Source: Thalassobaculaceae bacterium
Lineage (GTDB): Bacteria > Pseudomonadota > Alphaproteobacteria > Thalassobaculales > Thalassobaculaceae
Assembly: GCA_965228875.1 (NCBI GenBank)
Contig: OZ245843.1
Location: 4,508,616-4,572,615, forward strand
Direction of reading: 5' to 3'
Length of the DNA: 64,000 nucleotides
In this document: piece after piece, positions 21,282-32,000 of the stretch
Position numbering within the stretch: position 1 is the first letter of the stretch
How the letters are laid out: every line of letters begins with the position of its first letter
The notes under the pieces: model-generated
Databases searched by the model: none
What the model was told of the DNA's origin: nothing
The model's input: the letters and a program-made list of their open reading frames with translations, nothing else
Made by a program: the position numbers and the translations under genes

Positions 21282-22321
21282 GGGGTCGCCGCCGCCGACG
21301 GCCCTCGGCTGTAGACGGCGATCCGCGCCTCCAGCGTCGGCCGGCCGGAGCGTCGGGCGCGCAGCCACGACCCGCGCCCCAGCACCGCCGTACCGATCGC
21401 CGCTGTCGACACGCCCTCGGCGACGACGCTCAGGTGCATGTCGACCACGACGGTCTCGTCGGCGACGAACTGGACCAGTTCGGCGAAGGCCCGGACCTGC
21501 GACTCGTCGCGGGCGATCCGGCGCAGGTGCCCGGCGGTGGCCGGCCCGACATCCAGGCGGACGGCGGAGGTGTGGTCCCGCGCCCGTCGGCCGATCGCTG
21601 CCCCGTGCCCGAGGATGCCGTTGCGGCCGTGGCGCCGGCCGATGGCGGTGCGGTCGCGCCGGTCGATGGGCAGCCAGCGCGGCGCCAGCGGTTTCAGGCG
21701 AACCGGCACGTCCCCGCCGAGCCAGCCGGCCACCGTGCGCTCGATCACCGCGGCGCTGCGCGGTGGCCCGGCGAGCATGCCGGCGAAAGGCAGCAGGACC
21801 TCGTCGGCGGCGCCGAGCCGCCCGGCCAGGCCGGGGCCGAGCAGGCCGAGCCAGGCCCGCAGCGCTACCAGATGCGGCAGATGGGTCGGCCGGTCGTCCC
21901 ACAATCCGGGCCGGTGGGTCTGGCGCAGTGCGTGAAACAGCTCGATCAGACGATGATTGAAGATATCCAGGAACGCTGCCGGCGCGGCGTTGCCCACCCG
22001 CTCCTGGTCGAGGACGAAATCGGTATAGGGTTCCGGCAGGGCGCCATGGTGGCCCGCCAGGCTGAGAGCGGCGACCCGCAGGGTCACGGTGTCGTCCTCT
22101 CCCGCCGGCAGCTCGATGCCGTCGACATCCGCCGGCACGAATCCGCGGCTGACGCGCGCGCCCAAGGCGAGGTCGCGGGCCCCGCCGAGCCGGTCCGCCA
22201 TGCGCGGATCGGCCAGCGCCCGGCGCAGCAGCCGGATCGCCTGGAACATGTCGAACCGCCGCGGCTCCGCCCGCAGCCAGTCGATCAGAGGCTCGCGCGA
22301 GCCCCAGCCAAAATCGGCCAT
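21278..22321 (-). CDS. tssG: T6SS baseplate TssG
   Basis: FDMFQAIRLL, LSLAGHHGALPEPYT, FLDIFNHRL; start MADFGWG. Confidence 0.9.
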   Translation of the reverse strand: MADFGWGSREPLIDWLRAEPRRFDMFQAIRLLRRALADPRMADRLGGARDLALGARVSRGFVPADVDGIELPAGEDDTVTLRVAALSLAGHHGALPEPYTDFVLDQERVGNAAPAAFLDIFNHRLIELFHALRQTHRPGLWDDRPTHLPHLVALRAWLGLLGPGLAGRLGAADEVLLPFAGMLAGPPRSAAVIERTVAGWLGGDVPVRLKPLAPRWLPIDRRDRTAIGRRHGRNGILGHGAAIGRRARDHTSAVRLDVGPATAGHLRRIARDESQVRAFAELVQFVADETVVVDMHLSVVAEGVSTAAIGTAVLGRGSWLRARRSGRPTLEARIAVYSRGPSAAATP

Positions 22322-24102
22322 CGGTGCCACTCGCCTTCCCGTCGCACGGAATAGAGGTTGGTCTGGGTGACGGTGTTCGCCGCCGCGTAGAGGGAGAAGA
22401 AATGCCGGAGTACGGCGCTGAACAGCACCGCGCTGGCGCCGACGAACTCGCTCTCGTCCAGGGTGAGGTCGATCGCCAGCCCGCGCGCGAAACCGGGCCA
22501 GACCGCGTCGTGCACCGGGGCGGCGAAGGGCCGGGTCGACAGATGCGCGATCGCGTTGATCTGTCGGGTGTCGACCCGGTCCCCCGCCTGGGCGTAGAGC
22601 CGCAGGATCCCCCGCAGCGCCCGCAGAGTCCGGGCGTCGTCGTCCGTCAGCGACAGGCGGTTCAGCGCCAGGTGCGAGACCAGTGGCCATAGCGCGCCGT
22701 CCTTGTCGCTGGGCCAGATCGGCATGGTCGGGCGCTGAAGCGCGACCAGCCGCTCGATCGGCTTGGTGCCGTCATAGGCCATCACCGCGTGGACCGGGAG
22801 CTGGCGGGGCAGGTCCCGGTTGGTGCACAGGGTCACCGCCTGGGCGAAGTCCTGGGGCGGCCGGTCGAGGCGGAACCGCCGGTCGTGGAACGACAGGAGC
22901 ACGTCGGTGCCCGGCACGCCGGGGCGGCCGCTGGTCACCCGGCGCGCCGTCCACAGGACCTGGGACGGATCCTCACCCACCGCGCGGTCCGGTCCGAAAT
23001 AGGGGGCGGTGCGCTGCGGCGCGGCCCCGGGACCGCTCGACACCGTGACGCTCTCGATGGCGTGGATCTCGGTGTGCCGCATGTCGCCGCCGTCGGGGAT
23101 GAGCGGATACTCGTAGGCGGTGTGGTCGAGGCGGATCGGATCGGTGGTGCGCCGGAACAGGTTGACCAGCGGGACGCAATGCAGCTTGAGGTCGTCGGTG
23201 GTCAGGGTCGGGACCTGCGGCGGCATCCGGTCAAAACCGATGACGATCTCCAGCGGCTCGCCTCCCGGCCGCCGCTCCAGTCCGTACAGGTCGAAGAACA
23301 GGAACTTGTCGGGAAACAGGAAGTACTCGTGCACCAGCCGGAAGGCCGGATGCACCCGCAGGTCGTCGGGCAGGAGGCATTCCCCGTCGCCGAAACCGAC
23401 CGGTCGCAGATCCCGGCGCGGGTCCAGCGGCACCCGGGTGCCGTCGCCGGCCACCAGCTCGATCCGGTTGACCCGGCAGGACAGGTACTCGTACAGGGCC
23501 GCCCGGTTCCGCCAGTCGCCGCCGAGGAACACGCGCAGCCGGCTCAGGTCGAGCATGCTCAACGGTTTCGCGCCCCGCTTCGACAGCCGCAGCCGCAGCA
23601 GGGTCGGCGAATCGTCCCAATGCCGCGCCATCGGCGTCGTTCCGGTCTCGCACCACTCGACCGTGTCGAGGCCGACCGGGTTCAGCACCACCGGCGCTGT
23701 CGTGCGGAAACGGACCGTATCGCCGTCCGCCGTTTCCGCGATCACCGGCGCACCGCGGTCCAGGGCGATGCCACCGGTCATGGCGGCGTCGAACATGTCC
23801 GGCTGGATCTCGGCGACGGTGAAGCTCGGGATCGGTCGGGTGAGCTGCGGGTAGAGAATTTCGAGCAGGCCGAGCGGGATCTCGTGCGCGGCGTTGTCGA
23901 GATTCATCTGCAGCCGGCCGGTCAGCATGGCGAAGGCCTGCAGCATCAGCTCGACCTGCGGGTCGTTGCTGCGGCCCGCCGCGAGCTCCAGGCGGTCGGC
24001 CACGTTGGGGAAGCGCCCGCCGAACCGTGCGGCCGCGGTTCGCAGGTAGCCCAGTTCCCGCTCGAAATAATCGAGCAGCCGCTCGTCGTCGCCGACGATC
24101 AT
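22285..24102 (-). CDS. tssF: T6SS baseplate TssF
   Basis: LLDYFERELGYLR, DPQVELMLQAFAML, EYFLFPDKFLF, CVPLVNLF, CTNRDLP, FFSLYAAANT. Confidence 0.95.
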   Translation of the reverse strand: MIVGDDERLLDYFERELGYLRTAAARFGGRFPNVADRLELAAGRSNDPQVELMLQAFAMLTGRLQMNLDNAAHEIPLGLLEILYPQLTRPIPSFTVAEIQPDMFDAAMTGGIALDRGAPVIAETADGDTVRFRTTAPVVLNPVGLDTVEWCETGTTPMARHWDDSPTLLRLRLSKRGAKPLSMLDLSRLRVFLGGDWRNRAALYEYLSCRVNRIELVAGDGTRVPLDPRRDLRPVGFGDGECLLPDDLRVHPAFRLVHEYFLFPDKFLFFDLYGLERRPGGEPLEIVIGFDRMPPQVPTLTTDDLKLHCVPLVNLFRRTTDPIRLDHTAYEYPLIPDGGDMRHTEIHAIESVTVSSGPGAAPQRTAPYFGPDRAVGEDPSQVLWTARRVTSGRPGVPGTDVLLSFHDRRFRLDRPPQDFAQAVTLCTNRDLPRQLPVHAVMAYDGTKPIERLVALQRPTMPIWPSDKDGALWPLVSHLALNRLSLTDDDARTLRALRGILRLYAQAGDRVDTRQINAIAHLSTRPFAAPVHDAVWPGFARGLAIDLTLDESEFVGASAVLFSAVLRHFFSLYAAANTVTQTNLYSVRREGEWHRWPILAGARASL

Positions 24103-24124
24103 GCGTCACTCCCGGTCGTCGCCA

Positions 24125-24598
24125 TCACCGTCTCCGCGGTCCGCCGCGCCGGTCGACGGCCACCGCCACCTCGAATCGCGCCGGACGGACATGGTGCTCC
24201 ATCCGGACGCCGCCCGATACCGTCAGACGGAGGATCGAGGGGTCGTCGCGATCCATTTCCGCGTCAACCCGGGGCGAGAGAATGCGTGGCTCGAACGCCG
24301 CGACCGTGCGGGTCGCCGCATCGACGATCTCGGGTGCGACCTTGCCCCGGTCCATCGGATCGCCGCGCAGCTGCGGCATGCCGTAATTGGCCAGCGTCCG
24401 ATCGACGGAGGCCGCCTGTCTGCAGGTGACCGGGCTGCGCGTGCCAAACACCCGCTCGAGATTCAGCATGATGCTCGAGACCAGGGAATCCAGGTCCAGA
24501 ACCCGGCCATGGGTCGGCGCGGCGTCGCGATCCGCGACGTCGCCGAGACGGTCCAGCACCGGAACCCGGGCGGGGTAGACTTCCTGCCGCGCCGGCAT
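24125..24598 (-). CDS. tssE: T6SS baseplate TssE (gp25-like)
   Basis: PVLDRL, NLERVFGTR, NYGMP, AFEPRI; lies between hcp and tssF. Confidence 0.85.
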   Translation of the reverse strand: MPARQEVYPARVPVLDRLGDVADRDAAPTHGRVLDLDSLVSSIMLNLERVFGTRSPVTCRQAASVDRTLANYGMPQLRGDPMDRGKVAPEIVDAATRTVAAFEPRILSPRVDAEMDRDDPSILRLTVSGGVRMEHHVRPARFEVAVAVDRRGGPRRR

Positions 24599-24658
24599 CT
24601 CAGGCCGCCGCGGGTCCGGCGTGTCCGATCATCGCCGACAACCGGGTCATCGCAATCC

Positions 24659-25168
24659 CTAGGCGGCGTTCTTGTTGGTCGCCAGGTTCCATTCGAAGGC
24701 GGTCTGAGCGGTGTTGGTCGCGGTGTCGATGGTCTGCGTGTAGTAGGTCCAGCTGATGGCCGAGAAGTTGATGGTGAAGGTCTCGGTCGGCATGTCGCCG
24801 GGGTTGGCCTGCATGCTCATCGAGGAGATCAGCGGGTTGGTGAGCTGGATCTCCATGATCTTCTGCAGCTGGAAGCCGTCGAGCGCGCCGCCGTTGCGGG
24901 CCAGCACGATCTTGGTGGTGCCGATGCTGCTGCCCTGCAGGCAGGCCTGGTAGAGCTTCGTCGAGCTGGCGTCCATGTATTTGACGCACGCCAGGTCCTG
25001 AATGTTCGGCTTGCCGGAGGTGCGGGCCGTATTGCTGACATCCGTGGTGATCTGCATCGAGAAGCCCTGGCTGAGCGACAGCAGCTGGACCCACTCGCTG
25101 TAGCCGTCGATCTGCGACTCGCCCTTGATGGTTTTTCCGCCGTCGGCCTGCAAAAGAATGACGTCCAC
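24659..25168 (-). CDS. hcp: T6SS tube protein Hcp
   Basis: IKGES.IDGY.EW, DLACVKYMDASSTKLYQAC..G, PTETFTINFSAISWTY, WNLATNK. Confidence 0.95.
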   Translation of the reverse strand: MDVILLQADGGKTIKGESQIDGYSEWVQLLSLSQGFSMQITTDVSNTARTSGKPNIQDLACVKYMDASSTKLYQACLQGSSIGTTKIVLARNGGALDGFQLQKIMEIQLTNPLISSMSMQANPGDMPTETFTINFSAISWTYYTQTIDTATNTAQTAFEWNLATNKNAA

Positions 25169-25210
25169 CGAAGTTCTCCCTTGTCTCTAACTGTCGGTCC
25201 GCGGTCCGGA

Positions 25211-27592
25211 TCAGGCGCCGGCGGGCGGCATCTTGACCACGAGGCGAATGGAAACGGCGATCTCCTCGAGCTGGAAATGCGGCCGGATGTAGACGGTGGA
25301 GGTGTACACGCCGGGCGACCCTTCGACCGGATAGACGTCGACCCTGGCTTCGCGCAGCGGTCGAGCGGCCTTGAGGGTCTGGGACGCGGTGTCGTCCTCC
25401 AGCACGTAGTTGGAGATCCAGCGCGACAGGTAGGCCCGGATGTTGTCCTCCGTCATGGCCGAACCGATCTTCTTGCGCAGCATCTCCTTGATGTAATGGG
25501 CGAACCGCGAGGCCACGAGCATGTAGGGCAGGCTGGCGGAGAGCTTTGCGTTGCCGGTGGCGTTGGGGTTGTCGTAGGCGACCGGCTCGTTGATCGTCTG
25601 CCCGCCGAAGAACACGGCGTCGCGCTTGTTCTTCTCGTGACACAGGGCGATGAACCCGAGATCGGACAGTTCCTTCTCCCGCCGATCGGTCAGCGCGATC
25701 TCGGTCGGGCATTTGATCGCGATGTCGCCGTCGCCGGTCTTGAAGTTGTACAGGGGCAGGTTCTCGACCATGCCGCCGGCCTCGACGCCGCGGAACGACG
25801 CCGGCCAGTAGTACAGCGCGAAGGCGTTGGTGATCCGCTCGGCCAGAGCGAACGCGGCGTTGCCCCACAGGAACTTGGCGTTGTCCGGCCCGGCCTCGCC
25901 GGCGACCTCCTCGTTGAAGTCGAAGCCGTCGGCCGGGTTGTTCTCCGGGTCGTAGGGCGCGCGGAGCAGGAAACGCGGCAGCGTCAGGGAGACGTAGCGC
26001 GAATCTTCGGCGTTGCGGAAATCGGAGAACGCGACGATGCCCGCCTCCAGACTCTCGAAGATCGAGGCGAGTTCGCGCGGCTTGGCGAGATCGGTGAAGG
26101 ACTCCAGGTCGAACAGATCAGGCGCCGCCCCGGACAGCATCGGCGCATGGGCCATCGAGGCGATGTGGGCGAGGTATTCCAGCATGTTCTGGTCCGGCAT
26201 CGAGCGGCCGAAGTAGTGGTCCAGCACCAGCATGCTGAACGGATGTCCGCCGTAGGTGCCGAACTCGCTCTCATAGACCTTCTTGAAGAGCTCGCTCTGC
26301 TCCCAGTCGAACATGCCGCCCTTTTCCATGTCCTTGCGCAGGTCGTCGAGCGTGACGTCCAGCACCTTTATCTTCAGGTACAGGCCGGTCGGGGTGAGAG
26401 ACACCAGATGCCAGAGCTGGCGCCAGCGCGACTCCACCTCCTGGAACTCCGGACTGTGCAGGATGAGGTTGAGCTGCTCGTTCAACTTCTTGTCGAGGGT
26501 CGCGAGCTCGGAGACCATGCGCTGGGCCGCGCCGTGCTCGGAATGGGTCTGGGCGGCAAGGTCCGGATCGACCACCCGTTCCAGATAGGTTTTCAGCATC
26601 TCGATCGCCCGACCCTCCTGGTCCGGCGTGCGTGCGAGGCCGGCGGCGAACAGCTTTTCCAGGATCGTGCGATCCTCCGGCTTCTTCTGCCGGGCCCCCG
26701 GTTCGGCGGCGGCCGGCGTCAGCTCCCAGTCCGCGGCCTCGCGACGGGCGGTCGCCCTGGTGAGTGCCGCGGCGGTCTGTTCGGCGGCGACCCGGGCGGG
26801 ATAGCTGTCGTCGCCGCCCTCGACCGCGGCCTGGGCGGCATCCGCCTTCTCCTTGGCGGCGGCTTCGGCCGCGGCGGCCTTGGCCTGGTTGTCCTTGAGC
26901 AGGGCGTCCAGCTTCGCCTGGGCGGCATCGAGATCGGCCTGCAGCTTGTCCTTGGCGTCGCCGTCTGGGGTTTCGGCGATCATGCCGGTCAGCGAATGGA
27001 TCTGGGCCCGCAGGCCCGTCACCGCCGCCGAACGGTGGGCCAGGCCGTTGACGCGGGCCTCCGCCGCTTCGAAGGTGGCACGCAGGGTGCCCGCCGGATC
27101 CTTGTCCTCGTCGGCGTCGGCGTTCGGATCGGGGTGGCAGAGCTTGCCGAGGAAACTCGCGACCTCCTCGCGCCCGTCGATCTTGGTCAGCAGGTTGCGC
27201 ATGTCGGTGCGGGCCCGGAACTCGCCGGCGAGATCGGGGATGTTGCGCAGCACCTGTGCCGGTGTCAGATCGTCGAGCTTCTCGATCGTCAGGTCGACCG
27301 CCATGCGGCTGCCGTCGTCCTTGATGCGATCGGGGACCGCCACGGACACGGTCGGCGCGAACCGCATCATGACGTCGTTGAAGTTGTCTTTGCTGATCTC
27401 GACGAAACTGCGCTGGGCGAGCGGTGCGCGTCCCTCCGTCTTGCCGGAGAAGTCGCCCATCACCCCGACGATGAAGGGCAGCATCTCCATCGCGATTGCG
27501 CCTTCGGTTTCAACGTCGTAGGTGATGTGAACCCGGGGCCCCGCCGGCCCGACCGGACCCCCGTCAAGCTCGTGCTGGAAGTTCTTCTTCAT
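25211..27592 (-). CDS. tssBC: Fused T6SS sheath protein TssB-linker-TssC (VipA-VipB)
   Basis: N-terminal PRVHITYDVET..LPFIVGVMGDFSG (TssB) and C-terminal ILHSPEFQEVESRW, VYESEFGTYGGHPF, LWGNAAF, KCPTEIALTDRREKELS, SRFAHYIK, RPHFQLEE (TssC) in one uninterrupted frame. Confidence 0.92.
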   Translation of the reverse strand: MKKNFQHELDGGPVGPAGPRVHITYDVETEGAIAMEMLPFIVGVMGDFSGKTEGRAPLAQRSFVEISKDNFNDVMMRFAPTVSVAVPDRIKDDGSRMAVDLTIEKLDDLTPAQVLRNIPDLAGEFRARTDMRNLLTKIDGREEVASFLGKLCHPDPNADADEDKDPAGTLRATFEAAEARVNGLAHRSAAVTGLRAQIHSLTGMIAETPDGDAKDKLQADLDAAQAKLDALLKDNQAKAAAAEAAAKEKADAAQAAVEGGDDSYPARVAAEQTAAALTRATARREAADWELTPAAAEPGARQKKPEDRTILEKLFAAGLARTPDQEGRAIEMLKTYLERVVDPDLAAQTHSEHGAAQRMVSELATLDKKLNEQLNLILHSPEFQEVESRWRQLWHLVSLTPTGLYLKIKVLDVTLDDLRKDMEKGGMFDWEQSELFKKVYESEFGTYGGHPFSMLVLDHYFGRSMPDQNMLEYLAHIASMAHAPMLSGAAPDLFDLESFTDLAKPRELASIFESLEAGIVAFSDFRNAEDSRYVSLTLPRFLLRAPYDPENNPADGFDFNEEVAGEAGPDNAKFLWGNAAFALAERITNAFALYYWPASFRGVEAGGMVENLPLYNFKTGDGDIAIKCPTEIALTDRREKELSDLGFIALCHEKNKRDAVFFGGQTINEPVAYDNPNATGNAKLSASLPYMLVASRFAHYIKEMLRKKIGSAMTEDNIRAYLSRWISNYVLEDDTASQTLKAARPLREARVDVYPVEGSPGVYTSTVYIRPHFQLEEIAVSIRLVVKMPPAGA

Positions 27593-27599
27593 CCCATCC

Positions 27600-27830
27600 C
27601 CCGTCGCTCGGCGCCGATCTTTGATTGGAGTTCGGATCGCCTTCTTCAAGCGTCGAAATCCTCGCAATCGCAAGCTGCTAGCTTATGATTGCAGATAACT
27701 CACAAAACATTACGGCTTGGGTGATACTTCGTCAATTTGGAAGAATCGCGAGTGGCGAGAATAGATTAACGCATACAATGAATCAGTGTGAATCTCTGCA
27801 CGTCGATCCGGGTCGCGCCCATAGGGACGG
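27600..27830 (-). promoter_or_regulatory. AT-rich intergenic region, probable promoter for the tssBC-hcp-baseplate-vgrG operon
   Basis: Marked drop in GC relative to flanking genes; no clear consensus identified. Confidence 0.45.
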
Positions 27831-29033
27831 TCAGGGCTGACGGTCGGAGTTCCGGTTGGCGTAGTCGAGCAGGTCGAGGACCTTGAGGCCGCCGGCGTCG
27901 TAGCGCATCAACTCGCGGTACAGCTCGTTGAACGGCGTCCGGCCCCAGGTGATCGCCCGTTTGACCAGATGGGGCACGGGACTGTGCGGCTCGGTCTTGA
28001 GCAGGAAGTCCGCGGCCTCCTCGAGGCGGCGGTAGGCATCTTCGCGGGTCAGGATGTGGGCACGGACCGCGGACTCGGTGCTGCGGATCGAACCGGCATC
28101 GCCGCCGCCGGCGGGTGGCGCACCCGCCGATCCCGCGCCCACCACCCCCGCGCCCGCCGCGTCCGAGGCATCGCCGTCCACCGTGTCCCCGGTGCCGTCA
28201 TCCCCGGCATCGGACATGAACACGATACCGCCGCGGTCGCGGTACAGGCCGTCGACGAAGCTGAAGATGCGGTGCGCGGTTGTGCGCAGCGGTTCGTGAA
28301 GCCGGGGCTCGCGGTCTCCCCATCGGGTGCGTCGCCAGTCCCAGAGGTTGTCGACCTCCTGCATCGCCAGCTCGGCGTCGCCGCGGGTGCGGCCGAGCAC
28401 GTCCAGCGGCGTGTCGGCGACATTCTCCAGGTAGAGGTCGATCGGGCCGGCCTCGTTCGACCCGCCCCCACGCTCGCGGCGGGCGGCGATGATCTCGCTC
28501 AGACGCTCGGCATTGCGCCAGTCGGACCAGGTCAACGGCGGACGGTCCCCGTGTTCGGGGCGCGTCAGCGGCACTAGGCTCATCGCCGGCACGATGAAGT
28601 GATCGATCCAGCGCTGCGGCGCGATCCGGGGCTCCACGTCGTCGTCGCGGATCCGCGGATGCACCGTGTCCCAAAACTCCGTGGCGATCATCCGGAACAG
28701 GGCGGACCCGGCGGCGGTGCCACGGAAGCCGTGCAGGTGCGTCAGCGACTCCAGGAGCCAGGCGCTGACCTGCAGGTCCTTCGTACGCTCGCTCAGCAGC
28801 TCCAGGCACAGGGCCTTCACCCGCGGCCAGTTGGCGCGGCGCGGCGAGGTCGCGGAATCGCCGCCGGACTCGCTCTCCACCATCCGCGCCTTGCGGATCT
28901 CGCGGAACGCCAGGTCGTAGAACAGGGATTCGCCGGACGGCTCGTCCTCCTGGATCGGCCGCAGCAGGTCGGCCACGGGGAGACCGAGTTCCGGGGCGAT
29001 CGTGTCCAGGCCTGCGCTCTCGACCATGCTCAT
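27831..29033 (-). CDS. tssA: T6SS TssA (short ImpA_N type)
   Basis: LLRPI..PSGE.L.YD, RTKDLQVSAWLLE, FWDTVHP; C-terminal REDAYRRLEEAADFL..EPHSPVP. Confidence 0.92.
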   Translation of the reverse strand: MSMVESAGLDTIAPELGLPVADLLRPIQEDEPSGESLFYDLAFREIRKARMVESESGGDSATSPRRANWPRVKALCLELLSERTKDLQVSAWLLESLTHLHGFRGTAAGSALFRMIATEFWDTVHPRIRDDDVEPRIAPQRWIDHFIVPAMSLVPLTRPEHGDRPPLTWSDWRNAERLSEIIAARRERGGGSNEAGPIDLYLENVADTPLDVLGRTRGDAELAMQEVDNLWDWRRTRWGDREPRLHEPLRTTAHRIFSFVDGLYRDRGGIVFMSDAGDDGTGDTVDGDASDAAGAGVVGAGSAGAPPAGGGDAGSIRSTESAVRAHILTREDAYRRLEEAADFLLKTEPHSPVPHLVKRAITWGRTPFNELYRELMRYDAGGLKVLDLLDYANRNSDRQP

Positions 29034-29061
29034 CGTCGGCAATCCTCGCTGCGCGCCACCT

Positions 29062-32000
29062 CTATCCTCCCGTCGTCGCCGTGGGTTGCGACGGCAGGGC
29101 GGGCGCCGATACCGGGAAGTTCGGCAGGACCATCGGCACTTCCTTGCCGGTCGCGTCCCGGCCCGTCAATCCCAGAGCGATGTAGAGCTGCGCCGTCTGC
29201 GACCGGGTCGTCGTGTTGCCGGCGGCGTCGGCCGAACTCCGGTTGGTCGCCACCTTGAAGGCCAACGTGTTGGGATCCCGGCCTTTCGGCGCCAGCGCGA
29301 AGGCGCTTGCCGGGGCCTGGTTGGCCAGCATCAGCCGCAGCAGCGACCAAGGGTCGCCCGCGGGCACGGGCGCGAAGGTCACCGAGCGGTCGGACCAGCT
29401 GTAGCCGTTACCGCTCGCCGGCGCGACGGGCCCGTTCTTGGGCCACCGGAAGCCAACCGAGACCGGCGTGCCGAGGGCCCAGGCGAGGTTGCTCACGGCG
29501 ATCGGGTAGACCGCGCTCTCGCTGCCGGCGGTGACGGTCCATTCCAGTACCTGATCGGCCCCGGCGGCGCCGGCGAGGTCGAGGCGGAAGCTCGGGGCGA
29601 CCGTGACCGCCGGGACCGGTCCATTGGCGACCTGCGGCACCAGCGCACCAAGCAGATCCAGCGATGCCTTCAACCGGTCGAGGAAACCGGCGGCATCTGC
29701 CGTGCGCGCGCCGGTCTTCGCCAGGAATGCCAGTTCCTTGCGGGCTTCCGGCAACACGGAGGCGAGCTGGCTGGTCGCGGCACGCACGGTCTCCGGCGGG
29801 ATCGGCGGGGGCGGCCGGCGCGCCGACGGCGGCGCGTTGGGCGAGGCCGCGGGTGCAAACGGGAAATAGGGACTGAGGTCGTTCTCGAAGAGGGAGACGA
29901 TCTTGTCGTAGTTGCCCTCGACCTGTCCCTCGTCAAGCTCGGCACAGCGCCGGTCGATGTCGTCCAGCAGGGTGGCGAACTCCTGGGAGAACAGGTCGGT
30001 CACCGGCGGCGGTGTCACCTTGGCAAGGTCGTCGAGACAGCTCTCGCCGGTCATCGCCAGCAGCGGCGAGGCGAAGAAGCTCTCCAGCTCGCCGAGGGTG
30101 TTGCCTCTCTTCACGCCGTTCTCGTACTCGGTCAGCGTGACCAGCGTGGCGTTCCAGCGGGTCAGTGTCGCCTGCTCTCCCGGCGACAGGGCGCTGGCGC
30201 CGTTGCGCAGGTAGGCGACGGCGGGCTGGGCGTAGCTCCGGGCGACGGTCGAGACCCGGCCACGGGCCGCGGCGAGGTAGTTCGCCAGCGCCGAGGCGTT
30301 TCCGACGCGGTAGGCGAAGGTCGTCGCCGTCTCGCCGCCGTCCCAGAGACTCCACGGCACCTCCGGGTCGTACTGGGTGCCGGCGGCGCGATGGTACACC
30401 CGGTCGGCGGCGTCCAGGATCGCGGCGGCGTTCTCGCGGTTGGCGGCGGCGAAATCGCCGGCGGTCGAAACGTTCTGGAATTTCAGCAGGACTCCCTGGA
30501 CCTCCTGGATCGGGACAAGGGCGCCCTGCAGGCTGACCGCGGCCGCGCCGAGCGCCGCCTCCTCGGCCGCGGCGTCGCCGGGAGCCACCGGCCGGGTGAT
30601 CGTCTGCGCCGTCGCGAGCCGGGCGTCCATCGCATCGACCAGCCCGCGCCCCGCCATCGCCGTCAGCGCGGAGCGGAGTTCCGGGGTCAGGTCGCCGCCG
30701 CCGTCATTCAGGGAGGCGACGAAGGCGTCGTAGTCGCCGTAGAGGTCGAGAACCGCCTGCAGACCCTCGGCCTCCCAGTTCATGAAGGTCCCGTCGGCGA
30801 GAACCGTCCGGATCGCCAGCCCGGACGCGGGCCGGAAGAAATCGGCGGCGGTCAGGGAGGCGAGCTGGGTGCGGAAGGCGGCGACCGGCGGGCTGAGTAC
30901 CGGGGGCTCGCCGTCATCGTTGCCGGCCAGGAGCGGGACGGGCGCGGGCGCGACCGGATACCGGAAGGGGGAGATCGCGCCGGCGACCGCCGTGGCGCGG
31001 CCGTCGAGCGCGGTTGCGAGGGCGTCGGCGGCACCTTCGCCAAGGATAAGCGACTTGCGGACCTGCGGCAGGAGCGCCGCCAGCGCCAGTTCGTCGGCGG
31101 TCGCGGAACCCGAGCCGGCGAGGGTCTCGGCCAGGCTGTCGAGATCGGCCGAGAGCCGTCGGGCGGTTCCGGAAACCACCTGCGCCGGATCGGCACGGGC
31201 GGTCATCACCCGTGCCAGCGTCCGATTGACCTTCTCGAGCTGGGCAACCACCGCGAAGCCGGTGCCCGGCGGGCGGGCGAGGGCCGGTGCGGCGGCGACG
31301 ATCTTCGGGCCGAGGCGGCCGGCGACTCCGGCGAGGTCGAAACGCACACCTTCCGCCGCTACGCCGACCGCGGCGGCGATCCGTCGGGCCGTCGCCGGCG
31401 ACATCAGCGGCAGCTTGACCCGATAGGTCCGGTGCAGCAGGCCCTGGATCGCCAGCGGATCGACGGTCAGCGTTTCGAGCCGGGCGGCGCGGATCGTCTG
31501 CACGTCCTGCTCGACGGCGAGGGCGTCGGCGATCCAGGCGGTCATGGCGGCGACCGCGTTGTCCCCGGACAAGCCGGTCGGAGTCTGCAGCAGCGCGCCC
31601 GAGCGGCGGAAGGCGTCCGAGACGATCTGCGGGCCGACGCTGTGGGCGAGCCGATCGCTCACCGCTGGATTGAGCACCCCGTCGAGGCCGAACAGCAGGC
31701 TGACCGGGTTGAACACGCTCGTCGAGGGGATCCGGTCCAGTTCTGTCAGCGCGGCCGTCATCCGGGTCGCCTGGACCGCCCGCTCGCTCGCCGTGCCCGA
31801 CGGGGCGGCGAGAGCGGCGTCCAGTTCGCGGATCGTCGACGTCATGGCGGCGGTCGACCGGTCGAGATCCCGCCAGCCCAGGAGCGCCGCGGCCAGGGTG
31901 GCGACGGCGAGACCGGCGAAGATCGCCGCCGACCGGTTGCGGCGAAGGCGCTGCCGCGCGACCACGCGACGACTGGGCGCGGCGATGCCGACCTCGTCAG

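Noticed and set aside
21282..21902. N-terminal extension of VgrG (1022-aa ORF in the track)
   Set aside because: It overlaps tssG in another frame and is an Arg/Pro-rich shadow translation; the likely start is the ATG at 21281.
25211..27592. Extracellular contractile injection system (eCIS/Afp/PVC) suggested by the single-chain sheath
   Set aside because: The sheath motifs are VipA/VipB type and TssJ/K/L/M/A are present; no tape-measure, Afp15-like ATPase or lysis genes are seen.
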